Shown here piece after piece: positions 46,330-58,226 of a stretch of 64,000 nt of DNA. The DNA comes from Scyliorhinus canicula (Eukaryota). The position numbers and the translations under genes are program-made. The stretch is taken from NCBI RefSeq assembly GCF_902713615.1, contig NC_052158.1, positions 111,736,540-111,800,539 on the forward strand, written 5' to 3'. Position 1 is the stretch's first letter. Each line of letters opens with the position of its first letter. Under the pieces are notes generated by a model. It made no database searches, was not told the DNA's origin, and saw only the letters and a program-made list of their open reading frames with translations.

Positions 46330-49150
46330 AGATTGAGTCTGACCGGCGGTCTGACGGTGCGTTGAGAGCGACGCAGCAGTGGTGGCAACATCTGCACGTG
46401 GTGTCAGCGTCGACGGCATCGGTGGTGGCGGTATTGGTGCTGGCCAGTGGCTGGATGACTCCGGGAGCTTGCTGAAATCTTCCATGTCCTCTAGTGTGGG
46501 CAGGGGAATGAGGGATGGATCTGGTGGGGCTGACGTTGGGGGCACCAGGGAAAAGGAGGGTGGCGCGTGGGTGGGGATTTGTGGGGGCACTGGATCGGCA
46601 CCCGAGGGAGCCAGGTCCCTGAGCGAGACCGTATCCTGGCGGCCGTCGGGGAACTCCACGTAGGCATACTGGGGGTTCGCGTGGAGCAGGCGTACCCTGT
46701 CCACCAGAGGGTCCGCCTTGTGGAATCTGACATGCCTACGAAGTAGGACGGGCCCTGGAGCTGTGAGCCATGTCAGGAGCGACACCCTGGATGTAGACTT
46801 CCTAGGGAAGGTAAAAATACGTTCTTGGGGTGTTCTGTTAGTCGCGGTGCACAGTAGTGACCGTATGGAGTGGAGCGCGTCAGGGAGAACCTGCTGCCAG
46901 CAAGCGGTTGGGAGGTTCCTGGACCGTAGGGCCAGCTGGACGGCCCTCCATACCATCCCGTTCTCCCTTTCTACCTGCCCGTTTCCCCGGGGGTTGTAGC
47001 TGGTCGTCCTGCTGGAGGCGATAACCCTGCTGAGCAGGAACTGACGCAACTCATCGCTCATGAATGAGGATCCCCTGTCACTGTAGATGTAGTCGGGGAA
47101 ACCGAACAGAGCGAATATGGAATCGAGGGCCTTGATGACGGTGGCAGACATCATATCCGGGAATGGGATGGCGAAGGGGAACCTAGAGAATTCATTGACC
47201 ACACTAAGGATGTACGTGTTGCAATCGGTGGAGGGGAGGGGCCCTTTAAAATCCACGCAGAGGCGTTCAAAGGGGCAGGACGCTTTCACCTGGCGCGCAC
47301 GGTCTGGCCGGTAGAAGTGCGGCTTGCACTCAGCACAGACCTGGCAGCCTCTGGTGACTGTCCGTACTTCCTCGATGGAGTAGGGCAGATTGCGGGCTTT
47401 GATTAGGTGGTACAAACGAGTGACCCCCGGATGGCAAAGGCTTTCGTGCAAGGCACGGAGCTGGTTCACTTGTGCGCTGGCACATGTACCTCGGGAGAGG
47501 GCGTCTGGGGGCTCGTTGAGCTTGCCGGGGCGATACAAGATCTCGTAATTGTAGGTGGAGAGCTTGATTCTCCACCGCAAGATTTTGTCGTTTTTGATCT
47601 TACCCCTCTGCGTGGAGGCTACCGACCATTGGTCAGTGAGGAGGGTGAACCTCCTGCCGGCCAGGTAATGCCTCCAGTGCCGCACCACCTCAACGATAGC
47701 CTGGGCCTCCTTTTCAACAGAGGAATGTCAAATTTCGGAGGCATGGAGGGTGCGGGAAAAGAATGCCATGGGTCTGCCTGCCTGGTTTAGAGTGGCGGCA
47801 AGGGCAACATCTGAAGCGTCGCTCTCTACTTGGAAGGGCAGTGTCTCATCTACTGCATGCATCCCTTGGCTATGTCTGCTCTAATACAGGCGAAGGCCTG
47901 TTGTGCCTCGGCCGCGAGGGGAAATTGCGTGGACTGGCTCAGTGGGCGGGCCTTGTCTGCATATTGTGGGACACACTGGGCGTCGTAATAAAAGAACCCG
48001 AGGCATCGTCTGAGAGCCTTGGGGCAGTGGGGGAGGGGAAGCTCCATGAGGGGGCGCATGCAGTCGGGATCGGGCCCCAGTAGTCCGTTTTGGACTACGT
48101 AGCCGAGGATGGCTAAGCGGTCTGTGCTGAATACTTCTCCTTGTTATGTGAGATTGAGGAGAGATGCGGTGTGGAGAAATTTGGCAAGGTTGGCGTCATG
48201 GTCCTGCTGGTCGCGGCCGCAGACGGTGACATTATCTAAGTACGGAAACGTGGTCCGCATCCGTCCCGGTCAACTATTCGGTCCATTTCTCGCTGAAATA
48301 CCGAGACCCCGTTAGTGACGCCGAAGGGAACCCTAAGAAATTGATAGAGGCGACCGTCCGCCTCGAAGGCAGTGTATGGACGTCCGATTTACGAATGGGG
48401 AGCTGGTGGTAGGCGGATTTCAGGTCAATTGTTGAGAAGACCCGGAACTGTGCAATCTGACTGACCATATCAGATATGCGAGGGAGGGGGTACGCGTCGA
48501 GCTGCGTGTACCGGTTGATTGGCTGTAGTCCATGACCATCCTGTGTTTCTCCCCAGTTTTAACCACCACTACTTGGGCTCTCCAGGGACTGTTGCTGGCC
48601 TCGATAATACCCTCCCGAAGCAGCCGCTGGACTTCGGACCTGATGAAGGTCTTGTCCTGGGCGCTGTACCGTCTGCTCCTGATGGCGATGGGTTTGCAAT
48701 CTGCAGTCAGATTGGCAAAGAGGGAGGGAGGGTCAACCTTGAGGGTCGTGAGGCCGCAAATGGTGAGTGGGGGTAGGGGCCCGCCAAACTTTAGGGTGAG
48801 GCTCTGGAGGTTACATTGGAAGTCCAGGCCCAGTAAAAGTGTCGCACAGAGGTTGGGGAGCACGTACAGGTGGAAAAGGCTGAATTCCACGCCTTGTACG
48901 GTGAGTTTGACCAGCCAGAAGCCCCAGATCGGGACAGTGGGATCCGGAAACCAGGGAGATCCGCTGGTTGGCGGGATGGACCGCGAGAGAGCAGCACCTT
49001 ACCGTGTCTGGATAAATGAAGCTGTCGGTGCTCCCGGAGGCAAGTAGGCAGTAGGTCGCGTGGCCGTTAATGTGTACCGTCGTTGAAGTGGTATCCAGGT
49101 TGTGAGTACGAGATTGGTCGAGCGTCATGGAGGCGAGTAGCGGGCGATTG
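46330..49150 (-). pseudogene. pol: Gypsy pol (PR, RT, RNase H, integrase), disrupted
   Basis: LLASGSTDSFI (catalytic D replaced by A), SPWRAQVVVV, IDLKSAYHQ, YLDN, LHESLCHPG..CQVC, VDFKGP, SDRG, ERENG. Confidence 0.92.
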
Positions 49151-49221
49151 CCCATAGAGTCCGAAGATTCCGATGAGTAGCTGCAGCGACCCGGGTCCCG
49201 TGGTCCAGTCCATAGGGGAGG

Positions 49222-49470
49222 GCAAAATGGCGGCATCCAAAGTACCTGCGGGGAAGAAGATGGCGGTGCCCATGCAGTGCACATTGTGGGGGCGGGGCCA
49301 GATGGCGGCGACCACGGAGCGCACGTTGCGAGTGCGGGGCAAGATGGCGGCGTCCACTGACCACACGTGGAGTCGGGGTAGGAAGATGGCGGCGCCTACG
49401 GTGCGCACATTGCGGGGGCAACGAAAGATGGCGGCGCCCACTGATCGCACGTGGCCCCGGGAGCTGCGGA
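49222..49470. repeat. 42-bp minisatellite at the gag-protease junction
   Basis: ATGGCGG at 49260, 49302, 49344, 49386 and 49428 (plus 49227). Confidence 0.85.
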
Positions 49471-49499
49471 CGGCGGGGCCCATTGTGAGATCGGCTGGG

Positions 49500-50312
49500 G
49501 AGAGGGGGAGAGGTCGGGCGCAATAGAGTCAACAGCGCAGGCCTAACACACCGCTGCAAAGTGGCCTTTCTTGCAACACGATTTGCAGGTCGCGGCGCGG
49601 GCCAGGCAGCGCTGGTGGCGGTGCTTCTGCTGGCCGCAGAAGTAGCAGCGGGGACCCCAGGGTGCACGGTGTGGTGAGTGGTGCAGGCATACTGCGCGGG
49701 AGTGGCCCCAGTCGGGGGGGTCGGTTGCGGGGTCCACGAGGTGTAGGATGGGTGGGCCGCGCGGTAGGATGAGTGGGAGGGGTAGGATTGCACGTTACGG
49801 GAAGCGGCCGTCATAGAGAGCGCTAAAGCAATTGTCGCCGCTAGATCGAGCGCGGCCCCTTCCAGCAGTCGTTGCCGGATGGGGTCCGATGCAATACCCG
49901 TCACAAAGGCATCTCGCATGAGGAGAATCGAATGTTCCGTAGCCGAGACGGCCTGGCACTCGCAGTCCCGTACTAGAGGGATAAGGGCCCACCAGAAGTC
50001 CTCAATCGACTCACCCGGTTGCTGGACGCGAGTGGAGAGTACGTGCCTCGCAAACAGAGTGTTCGTCAACTGGACATAATTTTCTTTGAGCAGTTTCATA
50101 GCACGGACGTAGATCGGCACGTCCTGTATCAGCGGGAACATGCTGGAGCTCAGTCTGGAGTAAAGGAGTTGCACTTTCTGAGCTTCCGATGGTGAAGGGT
50201 CCGCTGAGGTGATGTAGGCCTCGAAAACAGCCAGCCAGTGGTTAAAGTCTTTCCTAACGTTCGGCGATTGCGGATCCAGCTGCAGGCGGTCGGGTTTAAT
50301 TCTGATGTCCAT
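49500..50312 (-). pseudogene. gag: Gypsy gag
   Basis: MDIRIKPDRLQLDP..RDAFVTGI..IRQRLLE; CYFCG..H..C..CKSC.KKGH..VC knuckles after a frameshift. Confidence 0.88.
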
Positions 50313-50339
50313 GATGTGGGAAATCTCATGGTAATAAAT

Positions 50340-50582
50340 TGATGCACTAACAATTGCACACAGAAACACGAAACGGTACAAAAGAGGCTTTATTACCGTG
50401 AGATGTTATTCCCTCAACTGCAGCTATAGAATGGCAGCTCAGGAGAGCTTATGAATATTTATACTGCTCCCTGTGGGCGGAGCTAGCTGGCAGGGGCTTA
50501 CCAGCAAACCTATAATAGCAGGTACTATTGTACATCCCCTAATAGAGGCACACACATATATATACAGTGGTGGATCACCACA
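50340..50582 (-). repeat. 5' LTR
   Basis: Minus-strand TATAAA 50458-50463 and AATAAA 50389-50394. Confidence 0.95.
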
Positions 50583-53500
50583 ATACGGTTGTATACCTTG
50601 TGGACCTGTGAAAAGAACAAGAACTCCTTTTCTCCTGGGTGGAGGAACCTCCATGGGTCCACCGCCCCCATCTGTTCCATGAAGGCCCCTCGCTCCCTAG
50701 CCATGCCAGACGTTTTCCCCGTTCTGGGGTTTGATCGGTTGGTCAGTGGGTCCAGCACGCAGTTAACTCTGTGTCTCTCCTGATAGATACTGCCAGACCG
50801 GCTGAGTGTTTCCAACGTCCACTTTCTTGTTTCTCATTTCCCAGTTGTTACTGGTGTTCCATTCTAAGTGATACAAGACCAGTTCGGACCGGTATTCTTA
50901 TTTCCCCACTTTTGCTGTTTTTGCTTCTTCCTACGAGCTGAGAAGAGTCTACAGTTATCCCTGCAATTTTTTAATCACAATTTCAGTTGGGCTCCTGTCT
51001 CCCAGCTGACATATTTTCAAAATATTTAACAGGATCTTCAGTCATCCTGTTTGGCTGGAGATTCCTCCAGAACTGTACTAAACATGTGCGATGGCCATCG
51101 TCTATGATTAAGTTGCAATTGCTTTCATAAGCATTCTGATGAATTGGGAGAAAGCCGAGCCTGTGTTTCTGATCAAATTTAGTGATTTATTAGACAGCCT
51201 TACAAAGAGGGTCACTGGATTCAACCCTCACATGTGAAGTTAATCTCCATTATATAACCACTCAAAAACACATGCATGTAGTCAATCACATGCTTTTGGA
51301 TTGAGGCATGTAACTAGCTCCTTGTTAACGAACTTGAGAAAAATAGGAAGAGATAAAATGATCCATCATTGCACTTCAGCGTAGCGAGACGTACAGGCAC
51401 CAACACGTCCCTTCACACTGCAGCTGCACAGTCTGCCAGGTGGAGGGGGGAAAAACTGGGGCCAGTTTATGAAATAAAAATTAGGAAACTTCCCGATTTA
51501 CAGCAATCAATTAAACTCTGCGAGACCATAGTTCCTTCTTTCACAAGTCCTTGTTAGCCTGCCTAACTTTATTAGCTGGAGATATTTTCACCATGGAGCC
51601 TGATTCAGATTTCTTTGGAAAGTCACCATCTTCACATAACTGGCAAATTATTCCAGAGGCCAACAAGTTTCAGTGGAATTCAGTGCATCTTGGCACCTAA
51701 TTTAACACTACGGGGTGATATCGTCCAGACCCGCCAGTGGGAACTGTGTACGGTAACAAAACTTAATTTGCAGGGGGCAAAACATCTCTTTCCTGACTGC
51801 ACGATGACATTTTGGAATTTTGTTTTCCTGACTTTCAAGGCAGGTCGAGCTTTCTGACAGAAAATGGCAGGAACATAATATGCCCATTAAAGGGCCACCT
51901 TACTAGAATTAAGCTTACCTTCCAAATTAAATTCTCCATTTCAAACGTACAGTTTTTCGACTGTGATTAAGTGGCGTACACATGGTGACCTCCATGATGT
52001 TAAGGTCAGTAGATGCTGCTTTCAGTTTCTTGGGTCCTCTCATAACCTTACTCCTAACTAGTGATGGTCGCAAAAGCTGCGTGCCAAGTTTGGACATGGG
52101 GGGCAGGCTAAGTAGGGAAGGTGGGGGGAGCTGCGGAGAGTGAGAGTGTGTATCTGTGGAGGGGGTGTCTGGAGGAGAGTGTCTTGGATGGTAGCATTGG
52201 TTGTATTGATGGTGGGATCTTGGAGGTGAACTCAGGGTACTGGTAATAGGAGGGAACAATCACATTCAGAGCAGAGAGTGGATGGGATCACGTGGCATGT
52301 GGTAGGTGAAGATCCTGGGGGTGGGGGGGGGGGGCGGTCACTGAGGAGAACTAGGCAGGTGGCATGGATAAAGGGAGAGGGTAAGGTCAAGGTGGACATT
52401 CATATGGTAATGGATGCAAGCTTGGAGGACAGGTGATGTACATGACAGTGGATCGCAATCGCATCCAGGGGAACTGGGAGATGCAAGGGTGACAGAAGGA
52501 AGTCAGCAGAATGGTGATATTGGATGATTCAAGGGTCATGGAAAGGGATAGGTTGTTGGGTGACAGAGGAGGGTAAGGATAGAGGAATCTGGAACGTGAT
52601 GCGCACCATTTTTCAAATCTGATCTTGACCACGCAGTTAGCCAGTAACTGAGATCCCTCAAAGTTAGAGGAATTTTTTTTTGGCTGGGTGGAGTTCAAGG
52701 TCAGCACAAGTGGCTGCCTAAATGCACACCCTAATAATTATGAGACAATTGGATGTCAACCATGCTCAGTTGTGATCTCCTCTCCATGGTGAAGCCCACA
52801 TGGCAGCAGGTTTGTTGCCACATCCTGGGTGGTATAACATCGAGATCCCAGCAAGGTGTGGAGCAGCTGTTTATTCTGTGCAATTGTCCACCTGCAGCAG
52901 TCAGAATCAGGGATGAAGACAGTGAGAGAGTGGGTGCCTCCGAGTGGCACAGTCAATGGATGGCAGATAACTCGTGAAACCAAACCTTCGTCCTCCTAGG
53001 TGTATGGTTGTGGCTGATCAAGGTTTATGTGGCTAATGTATCTATTATGGCAAGGCAAAGGTCCCACAACAAAGTCATGAGGGTGACGGAGGCAAGCTGA
53101 GTACTGGCAGAGGGAGGCTTCTTACATATGTCTCTCTTAACACTGCTGTAGCGAGCGTGGCCCGACCGTGACTGTATCACAGGCTGTGTTCGGGTCTGGA
53201 AATGAGCGAAAGGCAGTGCTGGAGGTGCCTTCATATTTCCCAGGATGTCGTTGCTCACATCTGCAAGCTTCTCCAATATGAACTGGGGTCACAAAGAACC
53301 TGGAGGAGTAATGCACAGCTTCTGTCCTGCATTTGCGTACACTTTAAATATGGCTCCAAGTCCTTCATCCCCAGGAGGTAGCGGCAAGGCAGGTGACCTT
53401 CTGCCCACTCCACCATGAGACTCGTCATGCTCCTCGTGGATGGGTAATTAATGAGCTGAACAGCAGAAGATCATGTATGTTGAACCTCCCCGCTGCCCAG

Positions 53501-53854
53501 CAGGAACCTTACTGACTTTCTGCCCCCCACTGAACTTAGGGTGGAATCTTCTATTCTGGAATCTATGTTTTTGCAAATTGAACTGATACCCTACATTCCT
53601 TCACTGTCTGCCTAGCTCAAATAATCACTTGGATAAAATCCCTGGATTTTTGAACGAATTTTGTACACATGTTCAGTCCCAGTACAGTCCCAGTTTTCCA
53701 AGTTTGTCCATAAGCGCCTTTATTAGGTATCAAACTAGTGCTCTCCTCAAACGTGGGTTATGATTTCTACTGTAATGTGAGGAGACTACAATTAAACAGC
53801 GGCCTTGTACAAGGTGAGAACTGTATATGATTGTTACATTGATAACGGGAATGA

Positions 53855-54255
53855 GCGGATGATCCTTTAAGGAAAGGTTGGGCAGACAGCTTGTTTCCAT
53901 TGGAATGATTGAAGTCTATAAGGTCCTGAATGGTCTTGAGAAGGTGGACATGGAAAGGATGTTTCCTCTTGTGGATGAGTCCAGAACCAGGGAATACTGA
54001 TATAAGGAGACATTTTTACCACCAGATGATTGTGTGAGCTTGGAACTCTCTGCCACAGATGGAGGTGGAGGTGGGATCATTTAATATTTTTAAGGCTGAA
54101 GCAGATAGATTCTTGTTAGGCAAAGAGAATCAAAAGGTTATTGGGCATAGATGGGACTGTGGAATTTGAAACACAAACAGATCATCTGTGATCTTATTGA
54201 ATGGTGGAGCAGGATCAAGGCACCGGATGGCCTACTCCTGCTTCTATTTCATATG
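53855..54255 (+). mobile_element. Old CR1 3' fragment
   Basis: IEVYKVLNGLEKVD..MFPL..WNSLP..FKAE.DRFL, followed by a CR1-like 3' UTR. Confidence 0.8.
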
Positions 54256-54479
54256 CTCCTATACTTCTTGTCCACTATATTTAAAAGTTCTTTACTATCC
54301 ATCTTAACACTCAATTCACTTTTGCGACAGCCTTGAAACGCTGGTCACAGGCCTTCATTGTTTCATGGACTGAACCTCAAGGTCTCCCACTCAGCAGCAT
54401 TGAGGCATAACCTTGCATGGTGCATTGATACTTGGAGTTATCCCTGTCCAAATGCAATTATCTATTTTGGAAAGACACT

Positions 54480-54990
54480 AGTTGCACACAGGCCTGGTCC
54501 CTCAATATATCTATAACTTTCTGAAACTTATTTCTTTCGTCGAAGGTGCTAACTTCTACACATCAGGTAGTCAACAAATTTATGTACTTTCCTCTTTATA
54601 CCTTCATCCAGTTCATTAATGAAGATGGTGAAAAGCAGTGAACCCAGCAGGACTCCACTAATGAATGGCCCCTGCACAGATCTGCTTCCATATCTAACCA
54701 CCATCAGTCGAAATGAATGCAATCAGAAAGCAATCAATCTGCCAGCTTCACAAGACGCATCCTTACTTTGAAATCTTGCGTGCAGCACTTTGTTTTTTTT
54801 TAGAAAATTAAGCTCAGTGTTTTCCACAGCTTCTTTTTCCAAAAGTCATGCTGGGCTTCTTTAATAACTTCTGCTCTTTCCAGATGATCAAAGAATACAA
54901 CTCTAATAATACCTTCTAACAATGTGCCTGGAACTAAAGTTAAACTCATGGGATTATAGTTTTCTGATTCCGTTTTTAAGGTAGCAGCTT
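54480..54990 (-). mobile_element. Very old CR1-like RT fragment
   Basis: Minus-strand remnants ENYNPMSLTLVPGTLLE, QHDF, GSLLFTIFINEL. Confidence 0.6.
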
Positions 54991-56811
54991 AGAAATTAAT
55001 TGACCGCATATAATACTGCAAGCAGGGCGCCTAAATACATTCCATGCTGGAAGTACACCACTTACCACATCGGAAACAACCGAAGGATAAAACCTGAAAT
55101 GGGGGTTAGGCCCGATACATATGCTAATTGGGGCCCTCATGCTCATTTTAGGGTGATTTCTCAAAATTGGGCTCTGTCGATTTCGCTGGTGTTGTGCTTG
55201 CTGCACTCAGGGTCAGCAAGTCTACATGTGATCTAACACAGTGCCCCTTAAAGAAACTGGTGAAAGACTACCACCCACAAATCTGGAGCTGGGGGCACAG
55301 GACATCTCAACAGCAACCTCAAAGAGCATTGTTCAACTCTCTATCAGTCGCATCCTGATGGCATATCTCACCCTTTCAATTGGCCCCCCTTCATTCTCAA
55401 TTCCTATTTCTTTCCTGATTGACTATCCTCCTGAACAGACCCTCAAACAATTGCATCCCGTCTAACAGCTTGGGGAGGGGAGACATCATGGAACAGACAT
55501 CGGCAACAAGCTGGTTTAATTAAAAAGAGGTCCAAGGATAACATTGAGAGAGTTTTGGTCTTTTTGTTCCGGCACAGTAAACTCACTTTGTGCCGGAAGG
55601 CTGTCCCTCCCCACTTTCACCCGTGTCTCTCCTCAATCCACAGGAACAATTATAGATCTTTTAAGCCGTTTACTAAGTACATAATCATTTCTTTCAAGAC
55701 CCTTGGGTGAATACCACCTGGTCAGCAACTCGACCTCAATTTTAGCAAAGACTATTTCCAATAAAATAGCATTATTCTCAGCAGTGAAAATGACTATTTA
55801 AAACTTCAGTCATAACTTGGGACTCCACCCAAATCTGTGCTGCAGATTCTCTGTGGTCCTGTATGTTGTTTGATGGGGTTTTGACTCTTCACATCATTGA
55901 AAAACCATTACCACACACATCTACATCCTCTTTCCCATTGCTCTTTTGGCTCATCTGCTAACAAATGCATTTTCTTCAACTGAATCCAATAGCTACCCCC
56001 ATTCTATTGGGTGTTTAGGCACACATGGGCAAGTAGAGATGGATTTAGATGTGATGGTTAAATATGCTGTTTAAACCCAAGTATATTGACCAAAAACCAC
56101 AAACAGCCTCATTTTGTGCAAGAAACATCAGTCCCACTATGAACCAAACTAATACAAATACTCAATTTGACTTCAAGCTGGTGCACACATTGTTACAGAA
56201 TTGACAGTGCTGGAAGTCAAAGTTGGTTGCTGGGGGGTGTTGGTGGGGAGTGCGTGCAGGCGCATATTATCCACTGTTGTTAGGAAACCTGGGACTGATT
56301 CCCAATGCCTTGCCATTTGCGTATCAATGATGAAGTTTGTGCCATAAATTCAGTTGGAGTCTGAGCTTTAGTTATTCAGGGTTTAGCCTCCAGCAGCAGG
56401 TTACTGCCACTAATTTTGGAGATCTGGGAATACAAATCTCTCACTCTGAGCTTACACATCTTCTGTGCATCAAAAAAAAAAATCTGGAGTGTGATAAGAA
56501 ATAAATCAGCCAGCTGTGAGCTTGAAGAGAAAATAAATTCAGTTCTGTTCAAAATAACTACCTGTTGTAAGATATAAGCCTGAATAATATGTACATGTGG
56601 AGTTTGAATATATTGTGTACTATATCGTAAGTAACACACTTGAGGATTGTAATGATTAGCACAGAGCTTACTGACCTGGGAGTACCAATCAAGAGTTCAA
56701 GTATGCACACCATTTGTTTTCTCACAAAATGGACTCTTCTTTGGCTGAGTGGGACCTATATGGTCCAGGATATAGGACGTGAGGTTTTAGATTCGCTGTT
56801 GTTTAGAGACT

Positions 56812-57146
56812 CCATAGAATTCCTACAGTGTAGAAGAAGGCCATTAGGCCCATCGAGTTTGAACCGAACCTCTGAAAGGGCACTCTACCTAGGCCTAACC
56901 CCTGCCTTATCCCTGTAACTCCTGGCATTGATCATGACCAATCTACCTAATCTGCACATCTTTGGACACAAAAGGGCAATTTAGCATGACCAATCCACCA
57001 AGCCTGCACATCTTTGGACCATGGGAGGAAACCCCAGGCAGACATGGGGAGATTGTGCAAACTCCGTACAGTCACCCAAGTCGGGAGTTGAACTAGGGTC
57101 CCTGGCACTGTGAGGCAGCAGTACTGAACATTGTGTCACCGTACCA
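56812..57146 (-). mobile_element. HE1/V-SINE
   Basis: CATAGAATTCCTACAG tail, duplicated V-domain piece, tRNA-like head. Confidence 0.88.
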
Positions 57147-57296
57147 AATAGAGGGTGGAAGGCTAATTATTCACTTCCGATAGCGACATGGAATGATATC
57201 AGTTGCAGGTAGTTTGAGGTGAAGACAGAGGTGGGTGATGATATGGGTGTTGAAGGGGGTTTTTGCCATAGTAAGCCTCACATTCCGCAATCATTC

Positions 57297-58226
57297 ACTA
57301 CAAAGAACAAAAAACAATACACCACAGGAACAGGCCCTTCGGCCTTACAAGCCTGTACCGGCCATGATACTAACCTTGGCCAACACCCTCAGCACTTCCT
57401 TGTGCTGTATCCCTCTGTACCCATCCTATCCATATATTTGTCAAGATGCCTTTTGAATGACGTTAATGTATCTGCTTCCACAATTTCCCCAACAGTGCGT
57501 TCCACACACTCACCACACTCTGTAAAAAAAACTGCCTCGTACATCGCCTCTAAACTTTGCCCCATGGACCTTAAACCTACGCCCCCTGATGACTGACCCC
57601 TCCACCCTGGAAATGAGTGCCTTCCCCTCCACTTGATCCATGCCCCTCATGATCTTGTAGTTCTCTATCAGGTCACCCCTCAATCTTCATCATTTTAATG
57701 AAAACAGTCCAGGTTTATTCAGCCTCCCCTCATAGCTCCACCCTCCAGACCAGGCAACATCCTGGTAAACCTCCTCTGCACGATCTCGAAAGCCTCCACA
57801 TCTTTCTGGTAGTGTGGCGACCAGAATTGTGCGCAACATTCCAAGTGTGGCCTTCCCAAGGTTCTATACAACTGCAGCATGACTTGCCAGTTTTTAGACT
57901 CGATGTGCTGTCCAATGAAGGTAAGCATTCCATATGCTTTCTTGACTACCTTGTCCACTTGTGTTGCCACTTTCAAAGATCTGTACATCTGCATGCCCAG
58001 GTCTCTCTGACTTTCTCAATTCCTAAGAGTTTTGCCATTTATGGTATATTTCCCCTCTATGTTAGATCTACCAAAATGCATTACCTCGTATTTGTCTGGA
58101 TTAAACTCCATTTGCCATTTCTCTGCCCATTCTCCGACATATCTAGGTCCTGCACTATCCTCTGACAATCCTCAACACTATCTGCCACTCCACCAACCTT
58201 GGTGTCACCCGCGAACTTACTAATCA
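57297..58226 (-). mobile_element. CR1 3' fragment, degenerate
   Basis: ISKFAGDTKVGG, LKVATQVD, RPHLECCAQFWSPH, QRRFTRMLPG. Confidence 0.92.

Larger units (their letters stand above)
45958..50582 (-). mobile_element. Full-length Gypsy LTR retrotransposon (4.6 kb), frameshifted
   Basis: Two 243-bp LTRs, 5-bp TSD ATACG at 45953-45957 and 50583-50587, PPT-like AGGGGGTGAA at 46201-46210, gag-PR-RT-RH-IN order. Confidence 0.96.
36520..50761 (-). mobile_element. L1/Tx1-type LINE, 5'-truncated and degenerate, host of four nested elements
   Basis: EN NCVLDP..DPWR..FFS..H..RI then DFF..DHAPH; RT SYRPIS, DAEKAF, LYADDLL (about 44490); C-terminal LSLAGRVQTIKM and C..HTHMFWAC; AATAAA at about 36540; 8-bp duplication GTTAACTC at 36512-36519 and 50762-50769. 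Confidence 0.88.

Noticed and set aside
46057-47688. 543-aa ORF as an intact integrase with a novel C-terminus
   Set aside because: The tail reads through the PPT and LTR, most likely after a frameshift; upstream pol is broken
52700-53420. Further Harbinger Myb/SANT remnant
   Set aside because: Only weak motif echoes (LEKLADVSNDILG); too decayed to call
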